From: Heteronotia binoei
Taxonomy: Eukaryota
Direction: 5' to 3'
Assembly (NCBI RefSeq): GCF_032191835.1
Contig: NC_083233.1
Location: forward strand, 26,784,001-26,848,000
Length of the DNA: 64,000 bases
A model generated the notes under the pieces. That model was not told where the DNA came from and did not search any database. It saw nothing but the letters and a program-made list of their open reading frames with translations. Numbering within the stretch: position 1 is the stretch's first letter; each line of letters opens with the position of its first letter. A program made the position numbers and the translations under genes. This document shows positions 1 through 12,844 of the stretch, in pieces.

Positions 1-341
1 ACAAGGACATGTGTGCATTAGTAAGACATTCCATTAAAAGGATGTTGACAGTCATGCATACGTTTCCATCAAAGACTGTTTTTTTTTGTAGTGTTTATCA
101 TCCGAGCACATTCCCTCTGGGGGAAAGATGCAAACAAACAGGAAGGACTTGAAAACAGCAACAAACTGTGCATGACCCAATTCTAGAATTACTTTTTTAG
201 AAATTTTCCTATTTCAAGGGGAATTAAAGAAGAGTAGAACACAGGACAGAGAGAAACTCTGGACCAGTAAAGTAAATGAATGGGGAAAATCTCATCCGTA
301 CTCAAATCCAACCCATGGCTTCATATATAGCACAGTTGCCA

Positions 342-436
342 TCATTTTTCCGGATGCCAGTTTAATTTTAGCAAAGGCTCTGGGCAATATTCTCTAAGTG
401 AAGTTTCAAGGCTCTTGTTATTGTGTATGATAATGC
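342..436 (-). CDS. Very tentative terminal coding exon of an unidentified minus-strand gene (GIIIHNNKSLETSLREYCPEPLLKLNWHPEK*)
   Basis: Acceptor-like ttttag at 437-442, an open frame in phase 1, and TGA at 342-344. No homologue recognised, and its phase does not join directly to the 12734-12844 candidate. Confidence 0.15.
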
Positions 437-1626
437 CTAAAACATTGTGATGGCCCAATACATCTTTGCAGGTATTTTCTCATCATACACTCTGCTGATA
501 AATGATGGTCAAAACTTTCTGGTCCTTTGAGTTATTTAAAAATACAAAGCTTGACTGTTGGAAGAGCTAAGGGAGTAAGGTATTGCCATCAAGATTTTGT
601 AGGGCACAAATATTATGCATTTTTTTTACATTTATGCTTAAACTCTCTATCAAATGTTTCCAAAGCAGCTTTTGTATGACATCATTAAGTCAAACTATTC
701 AATAAATATCAGTTATATTAACAGAAATCTCCAATAAAGTGCATTACTAAATCTAGCACACAGAAGGGGAAAAGATTGAGTAGAGGGAAGATACCCACAA
801 AGTCCACTACCCTCACTATGCATTGATTTAAGTTAATAACATTTGAAATGAAACAAAGGACAGACATCTAATAAACAACTTAGGAAAAGGTCTTACAACT
901 GAGGTGCTGGAAAGGCTCCATCCCTGAAAGGCACCCATCTCAATTTTGAAAGTGTTGAGAATTCACTCTTTAGTAAAGGGCCTGTTTTGAAGATCTTGAT
1001 TTTCAAACCGACTTATACAAGCTAAGAAATTTAGAAGTACCCTAGTGTCTAGGGTACTTCTAGGGCTGTAAAAATCATAGCCACCCTGAAAAAAAACCCA
1101 CAGGATTCCATTTTGTGCATCCATTAAAGTTGCCAGTGCCACCAGCCGGGAGTATTTTGTGGGTTTTTTATATTTATTATTTTCATGGAATTCTCTCATA
1201 ATTTTAAATATTGTTTTTAATTGTCTGAATATTTTAACGTTTTCATGTTTGCCATCTTGGGGACCCTAACTGGGTAGAAAGGTGACATAAAATATTTTAT
1301 TTTTATTTTTTTTTTAAAAAGAGGGGTGTAGAATAATAAAATAGAGAAGGCACAGACACTGACAAAAAATGCAGCTACAATCATGAATCCCCCCCCCCCC
1401 ATCTGTATAAGACTGACATCACTTCCAGGTGCTCAATGAGAAGTGATGTCATGGCACCTATGTCATCGTTACCCCTCCTCCATTGAGTGTGTGTGAGGGG
1501 AGATGTTGTGGGTGGGTAATTTGGAAATCTAATGTATACAGCCAAATTATCTTATGTAAATTTTGTGCATATGCTGCAGCCTAGATTTCCCCATCCATTC
1601 CCATTCAGTCTACCTTGAACAACAAG

Positions 1627-1707
1627 GCAATCCTAAACGGAGTTATATCCTTTTAAGCCAATTAAGTTGAATGGAGTTAGAAGAGTGTCACTCTGCTTAG
1701 GACTGCA
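1627..1707. mobile_element. Short (~85 bp) palindromic MITE-like repeat (caatcctaa...agttac/gtaact...ttagga)
   Basis: Imperfect hairpin. Related copies lie at ~18585-18670, ~33432-33520, ~40860-40920, ~59387-59460 and ~61020-61110. Confidence 0.55.
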
Positions 1708-3249
1708 GTTCAGTTCAGTTTGCTTTATTACAGTCCATGACCAAATACACAACATAATGCAGGCCAACAACAACCACAGAAAAATGGTTAAAATCAAGAT
1801 GGACCTAAACAGGTAAAAAATAAGATATTTAAAAAATAAATGTGAAAATGAAATATAGGACATTAGTATGAATAATGAAATATAACAAATAATGCAGTAC
1901 TGGTCAAACATCTTCTAACTTAATAGATATAGTACATATGATAATTTAAAAATTATACAACTCCAGAAAAATATTAACTAGAATACACTGGTTAAAATTA
2001 CAATCTTTTACCTCAGCATTGGCTTGTAAAAACCATAGAATGCAATTTGATTGCATGGGAACAAAATTTGGCAACTTTATACATGGTCTCTGTATTTGTA
2101 TCAGTTTCAATAGCATTTGTGGTGGTATGCAAAGTACTCAGGCATTTAAGAAAAGCTAAAATACAAGCTTGGAAATATTCAAAAAACAGTCAGTTCAAGA
2201 CCCCTTCTTTACATAATCCTCACAAATGTTCCTAGCTGCTGCCATAAATTTGGCACAATTAATTGTGAATTGGGGGTTAAAATCTGATAACAGATTTTGA
2301 AATCAGAAAACCCGAGACATCCCTCCAACAAAGAATATACGTACCTGGCGCGTATGCCTAGGTATAGGCCACACCCAACAAAACATGGTCAATCGTTTCC
2401 ACTTTATCTGCACCACAAAGACAAACCTGCTCAGTCATAGGTACCTTTTTAAAGCGGCCCTCAATGACTGCTGAAGGAAAGATATTGCAATGGGCCATAG
2501 AAAAGGCCCTTCTGTGGGATGGTATTGTTAGATTTGAGAGATAGGGGGCTGGAGCTCGCACATATCTCCTTTGAGGGGGAGCTAGATAATCTGGGACCTT
2601 GGCAGTATCATTCTGTCTTTCAATGTCTTTTATTCTCTGTTTGACTATGGCCCTGGCTTGATCCAGGGCCATTATCTGGAGAGATTCAGGTGAAAAGCCA
2701 AGCGTAGACAATTTCTGATGGATGGCTCTAACCCAAGATCTATCTATCCTTTAAAATCTATCCTTTAAAATTAACGATGTGATATTCGTGGGGCAATAGC
2801 TGAGACTGAGCCAAGTGGTGATTGAAAGCAGGCTCACCCTAGCCTCTATCCTTAGCAAGCCAGTTTCCAAGCGTAGTACTGCATTGGAAATGCAGACTGG
2901 AAAGTGGAAAATGGCTCTCAAATATTTGGACTGAATTTTCTCAAGGGGATCAAAGCTTGATAAGGATGGACCCAACATAGTTCCATAAGTGAGTTGGGGC
3001 ATTGTTTTGGCCAAGTAGAGTTTTAATGCAACTGGTATAAAATGCCCCCCTTTTGTGAGAAAAACCCTAATGGTGGCCTGGGTCGATTTACGACCAGAAT
3101 TGGCAGCATATCCATGGTGAGCCTTCTTTGACCCTGAGGACTGAATCATGACCCCCAAAATATTTGTAAATCGTTACCTGTTGTAGACTATGGCCATTTA
3201 TACTCCATCTCCTTAGCCTGGGTTTTGGGCCAAAAGCCATTACTTTTGT

Positions 3250-3385
3250 TAAGAACATAAGAGAAGCCATGTTAGATCAGGCCAATGGCCCATCCAGTCC
3301 AACACTCTGTGTCACACAGTGGCAAAAAAAAATTATATATACACACACATTGTGGCTAATAGCTAATTTCACACATTGTGGCTAA
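3250..3385 (-). mobile_element. CR1 LINE 3'-end fragment inserted in the RTE-X-like RT
   Basis: Matches the CR1 3' end at 26940-27066 (gccactgtgtgacacagagtgttggac...ggcttctcttatgttc). It splits the host peptide INYQK|TKVMAFG. Confidence 0.85.
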
Positions 3386-3460
3386 TTTCTGATAATTAAT
3401 CTGTAAGAGGTTATGATCACAATAAAGACCAAATTGAGCTAATGCCCTTCTAAGGCCTAC

Positions 3461-3679
3461 TGAACATATGAAGCTGCCTTATACTGAATCAGACCCTTGG
3501 TCCATCAAAGTCAGTATTGTCTTCTCAGACTGGCAGCGGCTCTCCAGGGTCTCAAGCTGAGGTTTTTCACACCTATTTGCCTGGACTCTTTTTTGGAGAT
3601 GCCAGGGATTGAACCTGGGACCTTCTGCTTCCCAAGCAGATGCTCTACCACTGAGCCACCATCCCTCCCCACCGTCCCT
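3461..3679 (-). mobile_element. Young tRNA-derived SINE with MIR/L2-type 3' part (Squam3/Ther1-like), inserted in the LINE RT
   Basis: A box TGGCTCAGTGG and B box GGTTCAATCC on the minus strand. About 5 differences in ~210 bp from the copy at 43715-43938. It splits the host peptide LLSRTP|VGLRRAL. Confidence 0.9.
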
Positions 3680-6600
3680 GGTGTTCTAGACAGCAAGACT
3701 GTGTCATCTGCAAAGAGTAGGGCTATCAGTTGCCTATCTGCCAAGGAGGGGGGATGAGTATCGACTAGATGGAGGTTGCTGATCATATCATTAATGAAGA
3801 TGGCATAAAGGGAAGGGGCCAGCATGCAGCCTTGCTTGACTCGTTTTAAAGTTGGAATAGGGTTAGTAAGGAGACCTTGCTTATTGCACCTGACCCTAAT
3901 AGACGTGTTGGTATATAATGCCTGGTTCAGGAATAAAAGTCTCCTGTCAACTGAGGTGGCACTTAACTTCTCCCATAATTTCCCTTTGGGAATGGAGTCA
4001 AAAGCAGATTTTAAATCAATAAAGGCTGCATAAAGAGAAACCGTTCTGCTGGTTGCATATTTGTCTATCAAATGTGATAGAATCAAATTATGTCCCAACA
4101 TGGATCATCCTTCCCTAAACCCAGCCTGCTCATCTACCAAATGCCTTTCTTGAATCAGCCAGCGCTGCAATTTCTCTAGAAGATGGCTAGCGTATAGTTT
4201 GCCCAGAATACTCAAGAGGCTGATTGCCCTATAATTGGCTTGATCATCCTTCTGCCCGGACTTAAAAAAAGCAATGATGATAGCCTCTTTCCAGACCTCA
4301 GGTAAATCCCCTGTCGAATCTATATATGTAAACAATGGGGCCAAGAGAGAGGACCACCAGTCTATATTATCTTTCAATAGATCTGGGAGAATAAAATCCG
4401 GGCCTGGAGCTTTGCCTCTCTTGAGTTTACTGATCAAAGATCTAACTTCTCCAACCATCACCGGAGGCTAAGGTGGCAGGTCTGAAAGGGCCTCATGAAT
4501 CTGGGGAACTGCAGAATGGTGGGGATCAGAGTACAGCTCTTGAAAAAATTATTCCCAATTCTTGGGGGTGACAAATGAATCAATGGGGGAGATGTCTCTG
4601 CAGGAGCGGCTCGAGATCAATTTCCAAAACTCTGTCGAGATCTTCTCCTTGGATGACTGTATAATGCTATTCCACAGCACTTTCATGTCCTCACGCTTCT
4701 TTGTGGCAATCAGTTGTTTATATAACTTCTTAGAACATGAAAGATGGTATTGTGCACACAGAGAATCAAGGCCCTCAGAGTTCTTATACACATGATACGC
4801 TGATTTTAGATCTCTTCTTGCTCGCTTGCAACCAGGGCTTATCAAACCAGGGCTTGGAGATGTTTTTGAATCTACAATGTTGAACAGAAGCATCTTGAAC
4901 CAGTAATGGTTTTATGAGTTGGAGGAGATGGTCGAAGTGGATCAGAGGTTCAAGTCATGGGGAGTATCCATAATTAATTTTCTATTGGAGCAAGCATCCT
5001 CCTTCTCCAGGGCTCCCCTCACTGTTTGTGCCAGCTGATCGGACCACTTGGCGCGGCATCTCATTTGTTGGACTGCAACCAAATGTGGGCCCATCGTGAT
5101 ACTGTGAAAAGTCTCAGGAACTAAAGAAGCTAGAGTGAGTAATAGTGGGAGATGATCGCTTTCTAGTTCGGGTAGAACTTGTAGGTGAAGAACCTTCAAA
5201 AGTAATCTTGGGCTGGCTAACAAATAGTCGATAGTACTGCATCTATTGTTGGCTAGAATGTTGATCTCCCCAGGATAATCACCTACTGTGGAGCCATTCA
5301 ATATGGAGAGGTCAAACCTTCTAGCCATCCTTGCTAAGCAAGCCCCTGCAAAATTTACCCTGGGGTCTTTTGAAAGGCATCGAAGGAGAGTGGAATGGCG
5401 ACTCACCTCATTGATGAAAGTAGGAAATCCAAACTTTCCAATAAGGATCTCATCATGGGGGCCTAGTTGAGCGTTAAAGTCCCCTCCCATTAGGATCATA
5501 TCAGCTGGAGTATCATTCAGAAGATCGTCTAAATGAGATTCAAAATCATTCCAGATTGCAAGAATGTCTGATTGTCTTTGATGGGGAGGTAAGTAGACAT
5601 TGGTTAGTAAAATAGTCTCTGTGTTAAAATGAAGGAGAACTGCCAATGTCCATGGGTTTGCAGAGTGAATGTCTGAAAAGGAGTAGCAAGTCAATGATTA
5701 AAGCCCATGCCTTTAGCCCTCACACTAAACTGCAAAAGTTAGTTTTTGCCCTTTTCTACCATCCTTAAAACATCTCACCATCTGTTCCCATCTGTTTTCT
5801 CATTCCAATTGTATTGGTAAGCATCTTGTTTTATGCCTGGCCTATGTCTGTTCTAGCAGGGGAAGGACAGTAAGATGAGCTTTCCAGACTGATACTGCTG
5901 GTTCCAAAAAGTTGCAAGCCAATATCAGCTTTGCAGCTTCTTGCTGAAATGGAGCTTTTGAACATCTTGATACCTACTGTCGCTGGTAGGTTGCCCAATT
6001 ATTTAAAGTGTCCTGGTCTTAACCGGGGGATAAGGCAGGAATTGAACCATATCATGAGTTTTCTTCCCAAGCAACTGAAAGTGAATGAGGAATGATTGAA
6101 AACAAATTTTAACAGTGTCAAAGCCCTTCTCTCAAGGCCTAAGAGCAATCTGAGGCTTCATTGGCAGAAGCAATTGGAAGCAGAAAGCATTAAGTAAACG
6201 TAACACAGCTGAACCCTCATGCATGAGAATGCCAGGTTGCTCCCACCCAAGCAGCTGAAGTTACTGACCTGGAATCTGGAAGTATTGTATTGGTCATGAA
6301 TGCTAAATCTACTTTGTCAGGAGGTTAACAGGGTACAGCATGTAAATTGCAAGAGCTATGAAAAATAGATGGACTGGAAAATTTTAATTTTATGAGTGCA
6401 TCCGGTTAGCTTGCTGAAAAGTCAGAACTTTTTGGGGAGGGGGGATTAGCATGGTTAGATGTGGATTCGACTATTTAATAGTATGGGTTTTACATCAGAA
6501 ATGTAGGAACTGATGATCAGGAGGATTCACTGGCTGATTACAGGGGAGGGGGAAGCAGGGGGTATCCCAGTCCCAGTGCCGAGCATCACTGAAGAGGAGG

Positions 6601-8772
6601 CAGTGTTCTCACTGCCTGTTGACAGGACACAGTGATGGAACCACCAGGGACATGGCTGCAGCACTGTGTGGGATAATGGAACTTGGCAAAGCTCAGGGGA
6701 AAGACTGGTCTTGCTGGTGCTGTGTTCTGCTAGACACTGGCATAGTGCTGCACCTGTGGCCTTCTGCCTCAATCCCACTGTCTGCCAATGGCCATTGGTA
6801 AAGGTTCTTCCTTCAGCAGCACTCCTTTAGTGGGCTGTGTCCAGACTTCAATCCAGGCCCGGACTTGTCCCCCGCTCCCAGCTGACCCAGGAGGAGCTGG
6901 CAAGAGAACACCACAGAGTTCCCTGCAAAGGAGGCAAGTCAGGAGGGTGAAGACTACCCTGCTGGCTGGACCACCCAGACAAGGGATCACACCCACCTGG
7001 GATGACCTCTGCCTGACCCCAAAGCAAGTGAGAAATGAATATCCAACCTCACCTGAAAGAAGGATCGATGGTGGGGAATGGGGAGAGGCTAGGGGATAGA
7101 AATCTGGAAGGAGGAGAAAGTGACAGTGGAGAAGAGCAAACCAGTGATGATGGAAAGAGACTGAGGGCCAATGCAGAAACCAGAGAGAGAGTGGGAGGAC
7201 GGGAGTCTCCTGGAGTTCAAACAGTCTACCTCTCTAACTGGGACAGCAAGCATTGGATTCAGGATTGAGCGCAACCCTCCTTCTCACTGTAGTCTGACCC
7301 AACTGCTACTCCACCTGAAGCTTACTCCGAGCTCTGGATAGCCCTTCCTTCTCCATGACCCAGACCGGTCCTCACGGATGGACAGGCTGGTATATTCTCT
7401 GTGACCTAGCTCTGTGTGCTCAGCTGTTGCCATGACCCTTTCTATTCCCTTCTTCCTTTGCTGGGCCTGTTATTTGGCGTAGGAGGACAGAGCCCAGAAA
7501 CTTGTCTAACAACTGCTCCTGGCCGTCTCAATATACAACTCTAGGTAAACAGAACTGATTTGACCTGGTACCTTAAAGTTAGTGAAGCGGGAATCACATG
7601 AACTTCAAGGTAGAAGGCCTTCTAAAGGTGAGGCACGACTACTACAAAGTTCTGTCTTTGGTTGCCAGCCACCTCACCTTTTTATGAATACTGGAACTAC
7701 CAATGTGCTTGTGGCAGAACTGATGACATAACTTTCATGAGGCCCACATCAAAGTCACATGTCTAGAGATTTTTGACTTGATCCTTTTTAAGAAAAAGAA
7801 CAGTGTTTTCTGCAAATGAAACCATGAAATCTATTTCAGTAACTTCAGGGGAAAATACTCTATCAGAGCTGAAATGAAAATTCTTAGCATCTCTTGTGAA
7901 AGAGGCTGAAGATCAGAAGTTCTAAGTGTAGTTTGTATTTAATCATTTATAAATGAAACCATTTCAATGAAAAAAATCAAAGTTTGCCTCTCCAAAGCAG
8001 AATGATGAGCTTTTTTAAAAAAAAAAAGAAAAAAAAGAAAGAAAGAAATGGAGCTTTGCAACTTCTTGTCAGGGCTAGCAATTTCCAGAGATGTTACAAA
8101 CGAAATATTGGAAATGTAATGTATGACCTTATGGAGTACTAACATTTCAGCTGACATTTTCATACATGATTTATATTCTTCTCAGTGATCAGAGAGTGAA
8201 TCAGTCAAACTGACCGCACCTGATTCATGAATTGGTGACAAAGTCTGCACTTCAGTGACTCACGGTGCTCCCTGGAATGAATTGCAAGACCCAAATTTCC
8301 CCTTCAAAGCCCAACCTTTGATGGTTTTTTTTCCCCTCTAAAGGACAGATTTCACAAACAGGAAACACAGCATTATTAGTCATGGAGGAATCAAAATTCA
8401 CTATCAGTAAGCCCACCCATAATTGGTCGAATTACCTCTTCCATTAAAATAAGCAGGAAAAATGGTACATTTTAGAATTTTATTTACTTGGTTTAGATTT
8501 GTCTCCCCAATGAGGACTATCATTCTCCTCTCTTCCATTTTACCCACACATCTACCCTCTGAGGTAGGTTAGGCAGAACATGTGTGACCCAAAATCACGC
8601 AACAAGCTTCCATAACAGATCAGGGAATTCAGGCCTGGATCTCTCAGATCCCTGTCTGACAATCTAACCACTAGAACCAACTAGCTTTCCAGAATAGCTT
8701 TTTGGGAATGTATCACAATGTGATTTAAATTTTAATTTTCTCATCGCTGTTGGAAGAAAGACTTGTATGATT

Positions 8773-9510
8773 AGGGTTGCCAGGTCCAACTCAGTCTGGG
8801 GACTTTGGGGTGGAACCATGAGAATTTGGGGTGGAGCCTGGAGATTTTCTCATTCCCTAAAAATACATAAATAAAAATACAACAGTGCAGTTCCCCTGAA
8901 TAGCGTCTTCATTTCCTCCTCCTCTTTTTTGCATTCAAATTGTTCCACAGCAGCTGCACTTCCACTAAAATGAAACTGAACTCACTCTCTCACATGCACA
9001 CACATACACAAACACACACAGCAGCCAAAATAAACAGTTTGTATGCCCACACTTTTGTCATCTCCCTGGGGCAAAGATATAGATAGCTTTACTCACCAGA
9101 GTTGCTGAATGTAACAATCTGCTGAATTTCAACCAAAGTAAGAAGAGAGAGGTCTAGGGCGTGGAGTTTCCCTCTATCCCATACTCAGGTTCTAGTTAAC
9201 TTTTTCCTATCACTTTTACTACACAAACAGCTTCTGAAAGGATTGCAAAATGAAAAGATAATTGGGCTCTCTTATTTTCTCTTGCTCACACACACGTGGG
9301 CCTTCCTGCTCCCCAAACCACAGGTTCAGTCTCACTGAGATTTAAAGGCACACACACACCTTCCAAAACAGAAGTGGCAAGCTTCTGAAGCTTCCTGAGA
9401 TCTAAAGGCACATTGTGGCTGTGGGACAGGGCTTTCCCCTTCTGACCAGCTGGCTGATGGCAGGGTGGATCCCCTGGCAAAACCAGGGGATCCCTGGGGA
9501 CTGGCAAGCC
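8773..9510. mobile_element. Non-autonomous DNA-transposon-like repeat of the AGGGTTGCCA-terminal family (boundaries approximate)
   Basis: Starts agggttgccagg and shares the ctggggactttggggtggagcc block with 33904-33990. Ends near ctggcaag at ~9505. Confidence 0.45.
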
Positions 9511-11540
9511 TATCTATGTTATTGCCTTTTTCATGTCAGCAAGCAAAACTGAAGATAAAATAGCAGTTTTATTTTATTTCATTACATTTGTATCCTGCCC
9601 TCCCCTGCAGGGCTCAGTTGATGTGAGCTGTTGCTTCTGGAAATCTCATGGCAGAGAGTCACATTGGGAAAGATCTCAATGAAGCATCTCTTCAGACAGT
9701 GGGGATGTCTGCAGCAAGGCCTCTGGCAGATCTTAAGATAGGGGGTGGGGAAGCACACTAGACATCAACTAAAAAAGAGATCCAAAATGCACTTGTTGGG
9801 AAGATCTGGGGATTCAGCTCAAGGAGCCCAGAAATGGGTGTCAACTGGAATATTAACTTTGCCAGCTAAGCTAAGCAGCTGCTGAGATGTTATGAGAACT
9901 TGAGTGCACATGTGTGGGTTTCACACACAGTGGGGAAAAGCCCCTCCCCTCATTCGCTTGCATAGTGCTTTTCCTTGAGCCCCAGCCTGAAACTGACCAG
10001 GGGAAAACCCCAGAAAGGACTGCTGATCGCTGACCAAGCATGAAGACTGACAACCACACACCTGACAAACACCTGCCACTGTAATGAACAAGAAGACCAG
10101 TCTTGAGAAGATGTTATGGGTCAGGGGTTTTGCAGTCCCCTGGGTGCCAAAGTAAGCATTGAATGAGGGGAAAATTAAACCACATCTCTGTCTCCACCTC
10201 CTAGGAGTGATGGTACAGCTCTTGCCCAAGGGGAATGTAGAAAAGTCCAAGAAGAAAGCAGATCTTGATAGCAGCCTTTCTTTTGATAATAGCAGTTTTC
10301 CATTTTAGGCCAAAAGCAACCTTTTCTATTTAAGGTTCTCCTGCTTTGAAGATGTCTTGATGTTCTTCAAAGGTCCATCCTCACCCTGCCCTCTCCTACT
10401 TCTCAGGAGTCACAGTGTTGAGAGGCTCACAAGCCTGTGGGAGTCCTGCCTCTTCAACCTTCCTGGATCCTTGATTGGATAGCTATGAAACTGCATCAGT
10501 TTGCTTGCTAGGACACTGAGCTTAAAACCAGAAGGACAGAAGGATGGTGGTGAGGTGGCAATTAATGGTTTAACATTTATATTTTGATTGGCTAATAGGC
10601 ATTAAGCTTGCTGTCATGTTTGCAACTTCTTGTTTCAAGAGAACTGACAATACCTAGTGGTTTATCCATGCTTTTTCATATGTATTCGTGCATCATGCAT
10701 CTGATTCAGCTTGTGGTTTGCTATTTGCTTTAGTACTGCATTGTGCAGTAACACCTTCCAACAAACTGTTTAACTCATATTTGCAACACTTTGGAGTCTG
10801 TATCTTCCTACTGACAGTTGCATACCCACTGGGGTGAAAAGTGTTTTGTTTTTTTTTAAAGAGAGAGAGAGAGGCCTCTTCCTTAAGGGGACTGAATTAA
10901 CGTGCTACATCCCATGATGACTTGCATGTGTGGATAGCCGTTGCAAACACTGCATCTCAATCAGAGCATCCTGTCTTCTTGTTATTATCTGAAATGCAAT
11001 TTTCTTCCATGTAGTCAGGTCCCGTATTCAACTGCCAGTCAATGTAATACAATAATTAAGAACAGATAAATCAAGCCATACGTGGACATGTGTCAATGAG
11101 GCCTTCAATTATACATGTTTCTATCAGAAGCTCCATATATATATCCAAAGAGAAATCAAACTCAACAACTTTTCTAAAGGCTCAAGGCCACAAAAACTTT
11201 AGTTCTGAAGCTTTGTGAAGGTTATTAAGTATATGGTGAGAAACTAAATACCCCCCACTATTTCTTTCTAGAGGGAAAAAAAAAGATCTGGAGTTACCTG
11301 GTGTGTAGAAGAAAGGTGATTTCCCAAGGTGAGATGAAACACAAACAGTTTTCATCATAAGAAGAAGGCACACATGCTCTAATCTACTGATTATCAAAAT
11401 ACCCAGCAGAGAATGTCAGGTAGGGACAAAGGTAACTGTCTCCCATTCCAACATCTATCACAAGGCAAAAATTTCAGATGGGAAAAGAGCCCATTCAATG
11501 TGGGCAAACATGTAACAACATACAATAAAACACAAAATAC

Positions 11541-11650
11541 CAGGGCTTTTTTTGTAGCAGGAACTCCTTTGCATACTTGGCCACACACCCCTGATGTAGC
11601 CAATCCTCCTGGAGCTTACAGTAGGCCCTGTACTAAGAGCCCTGTAAGAC
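11541..11650. mobile_element. Partial hAT-type palindromic MITE (CAGGGCTTTTTTT family)
   Basis: Left half is near-identical to the copies at 20117, 33219, 55123 and 55714. Confidence 0.75.
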
Positions 11651-12733
11651 CATGGCCACACAGCCCAGAAAATCTACAACAGTCAATGGACTCCGGCCAT
11701 GAAAGCCTTTGACAACACATTCAGAGAACACTGAAGTAAATGGTCTTAGAAGGATATAACTTAGCTTAGTAGGGCACCATTAATCTTTGCTTTTATGCAA
11801 AGGTCTTAAGAAGCTTTTCTTGCTCTGGACAAGCAATTAGGGATGCCAGACTCCAGGAGAGATCTTGGGATCCCCCAGTATTAAAGTTCATCTCCAGACT
11901 ACAGAGATCAGTTCTCTTGGAGAATATGCCTGCTCTGGAGGGTGGACACTATGGCATTGCACCCCACTGAGGTCCCTGCCCTCCCCAGGCTCTATCCCTA
12001 ATTCTTCAGGAATTTCCCAGTTTTGATCTGGCAACCCAACCCTGCATTCCCTGCCTGTGTCCAGGGAGGACCTGTCAGTCCTACAAGCAATGGATATAGA
12101 AAGCTGGAAAGATCCAGAACTGGATACAGAAGGTTTTGAAAACAGGAGTTTGGGTCCCAGCATATTCCTGTCTTTTCCCATTGGGGGAAAGAAAACAACA
12201 TTGGAAAAGGATCCAGCCCATAGAATTGCACCATTACTTTTTCCATTCTAGTTCCTGTCCTGAAAGTTTTGAGATGAGAGAATCCCATTTTGGGTAGAAG
12301 TGGGGGCAGTTTTACTTTCCCTGTGTCTCCTATAGAAGAAGGCTGGATATGAAAAAAAAAGGGGGGGAGGGAGTATTATGATGTAGAAATGATCTTGCAT
12401 TTGTCATTCATGTTGATTTGACCTGTAAATTCCTAGTTCAATTGTTCTTTTCCCTTGTGTGCATAGAATTCTTGATTCCTTATTTTTGTGCTACTTCCTG
12501 TTTTTTCTCACCAAACTTTCCCCGCAATGTTTGAGAAACGTTTTTGTAATGTTATTGATGCCTCAATAAATCAGCATTATATGTTATCTCTTGTACATGT
12601 AAACGCCATATAAACTGTATATAAAACCCATCTAACATGCACAAGAAAACAGAAACCAATTTACAAAACCAATAGCAAAAAGCAGAGAGCCAAAATGCTT
12701 GACTAAACTACTGATGAATATAAAAAGAAATAC

Positions 12734-12844
12734 CTTATTATGGAGCCAAAATCTTTTGTTGTTTCAGAGCAATTCTCATTGTACTCTGATTTGAAAAGCA
12801 TCTTGATGAAATCGATTATTCCCAAAAGATGGATTTTCACAGCT
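12734..12844 (-). CDS. Candidate internal exon of an unidentified gene (AVKIHLLGIIDFIKMLFKSEYNENCSETTKDFGSIIR)
   Basis: Acceptor ctcattttgacag, donor AAG|GTATTT, 111 nt, open in phase 2-2. No homologue recognised. Confidence 0.3.

Larger units (their letters stand above)
1706..5730 (-). mobile_element. Decayed non-LTR retrotransposon (APE endonuclease + RT + C-terminal Cys/His motif), most like the RTE-X clade, with a ~500-bp 3' UTR
   Basis: Endonuclease motifs NVYLPP, GGDFNA, STIDY, SDHLP (4942-5694). RT motifs KAPGPD, YRAISLLS, QAGFREG, FIDLKSAFD, QGCMLAP, FADD (3680-4461). C-terminal CLCG..VETIDH (2358-2711) and AKF..AAR (~2240-2260). The 3' end has AATAAA (1724-1729, minus) followed by (CTGAA)n at 1706-1720. 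Several stops and frameshifts. Clade assignment is from motif recall only. Confidence 0.85.

Noticed and set aside
3511-4101. 196-aa ORF that looks like an RT with a novel C-terminal extension
   Set aside because: The extension (GTVGRDGGSVVEHLLGKQKVPGSIPG...) is read-through into the inserted SINE. The same peptide appears at 43662-43874.
9096-9155. Minus-strand exon-like segment with a CTG|GTGAGT donor
   Set aside because: It lies inside an apparent interspersed repeat and has a poor acceptor.
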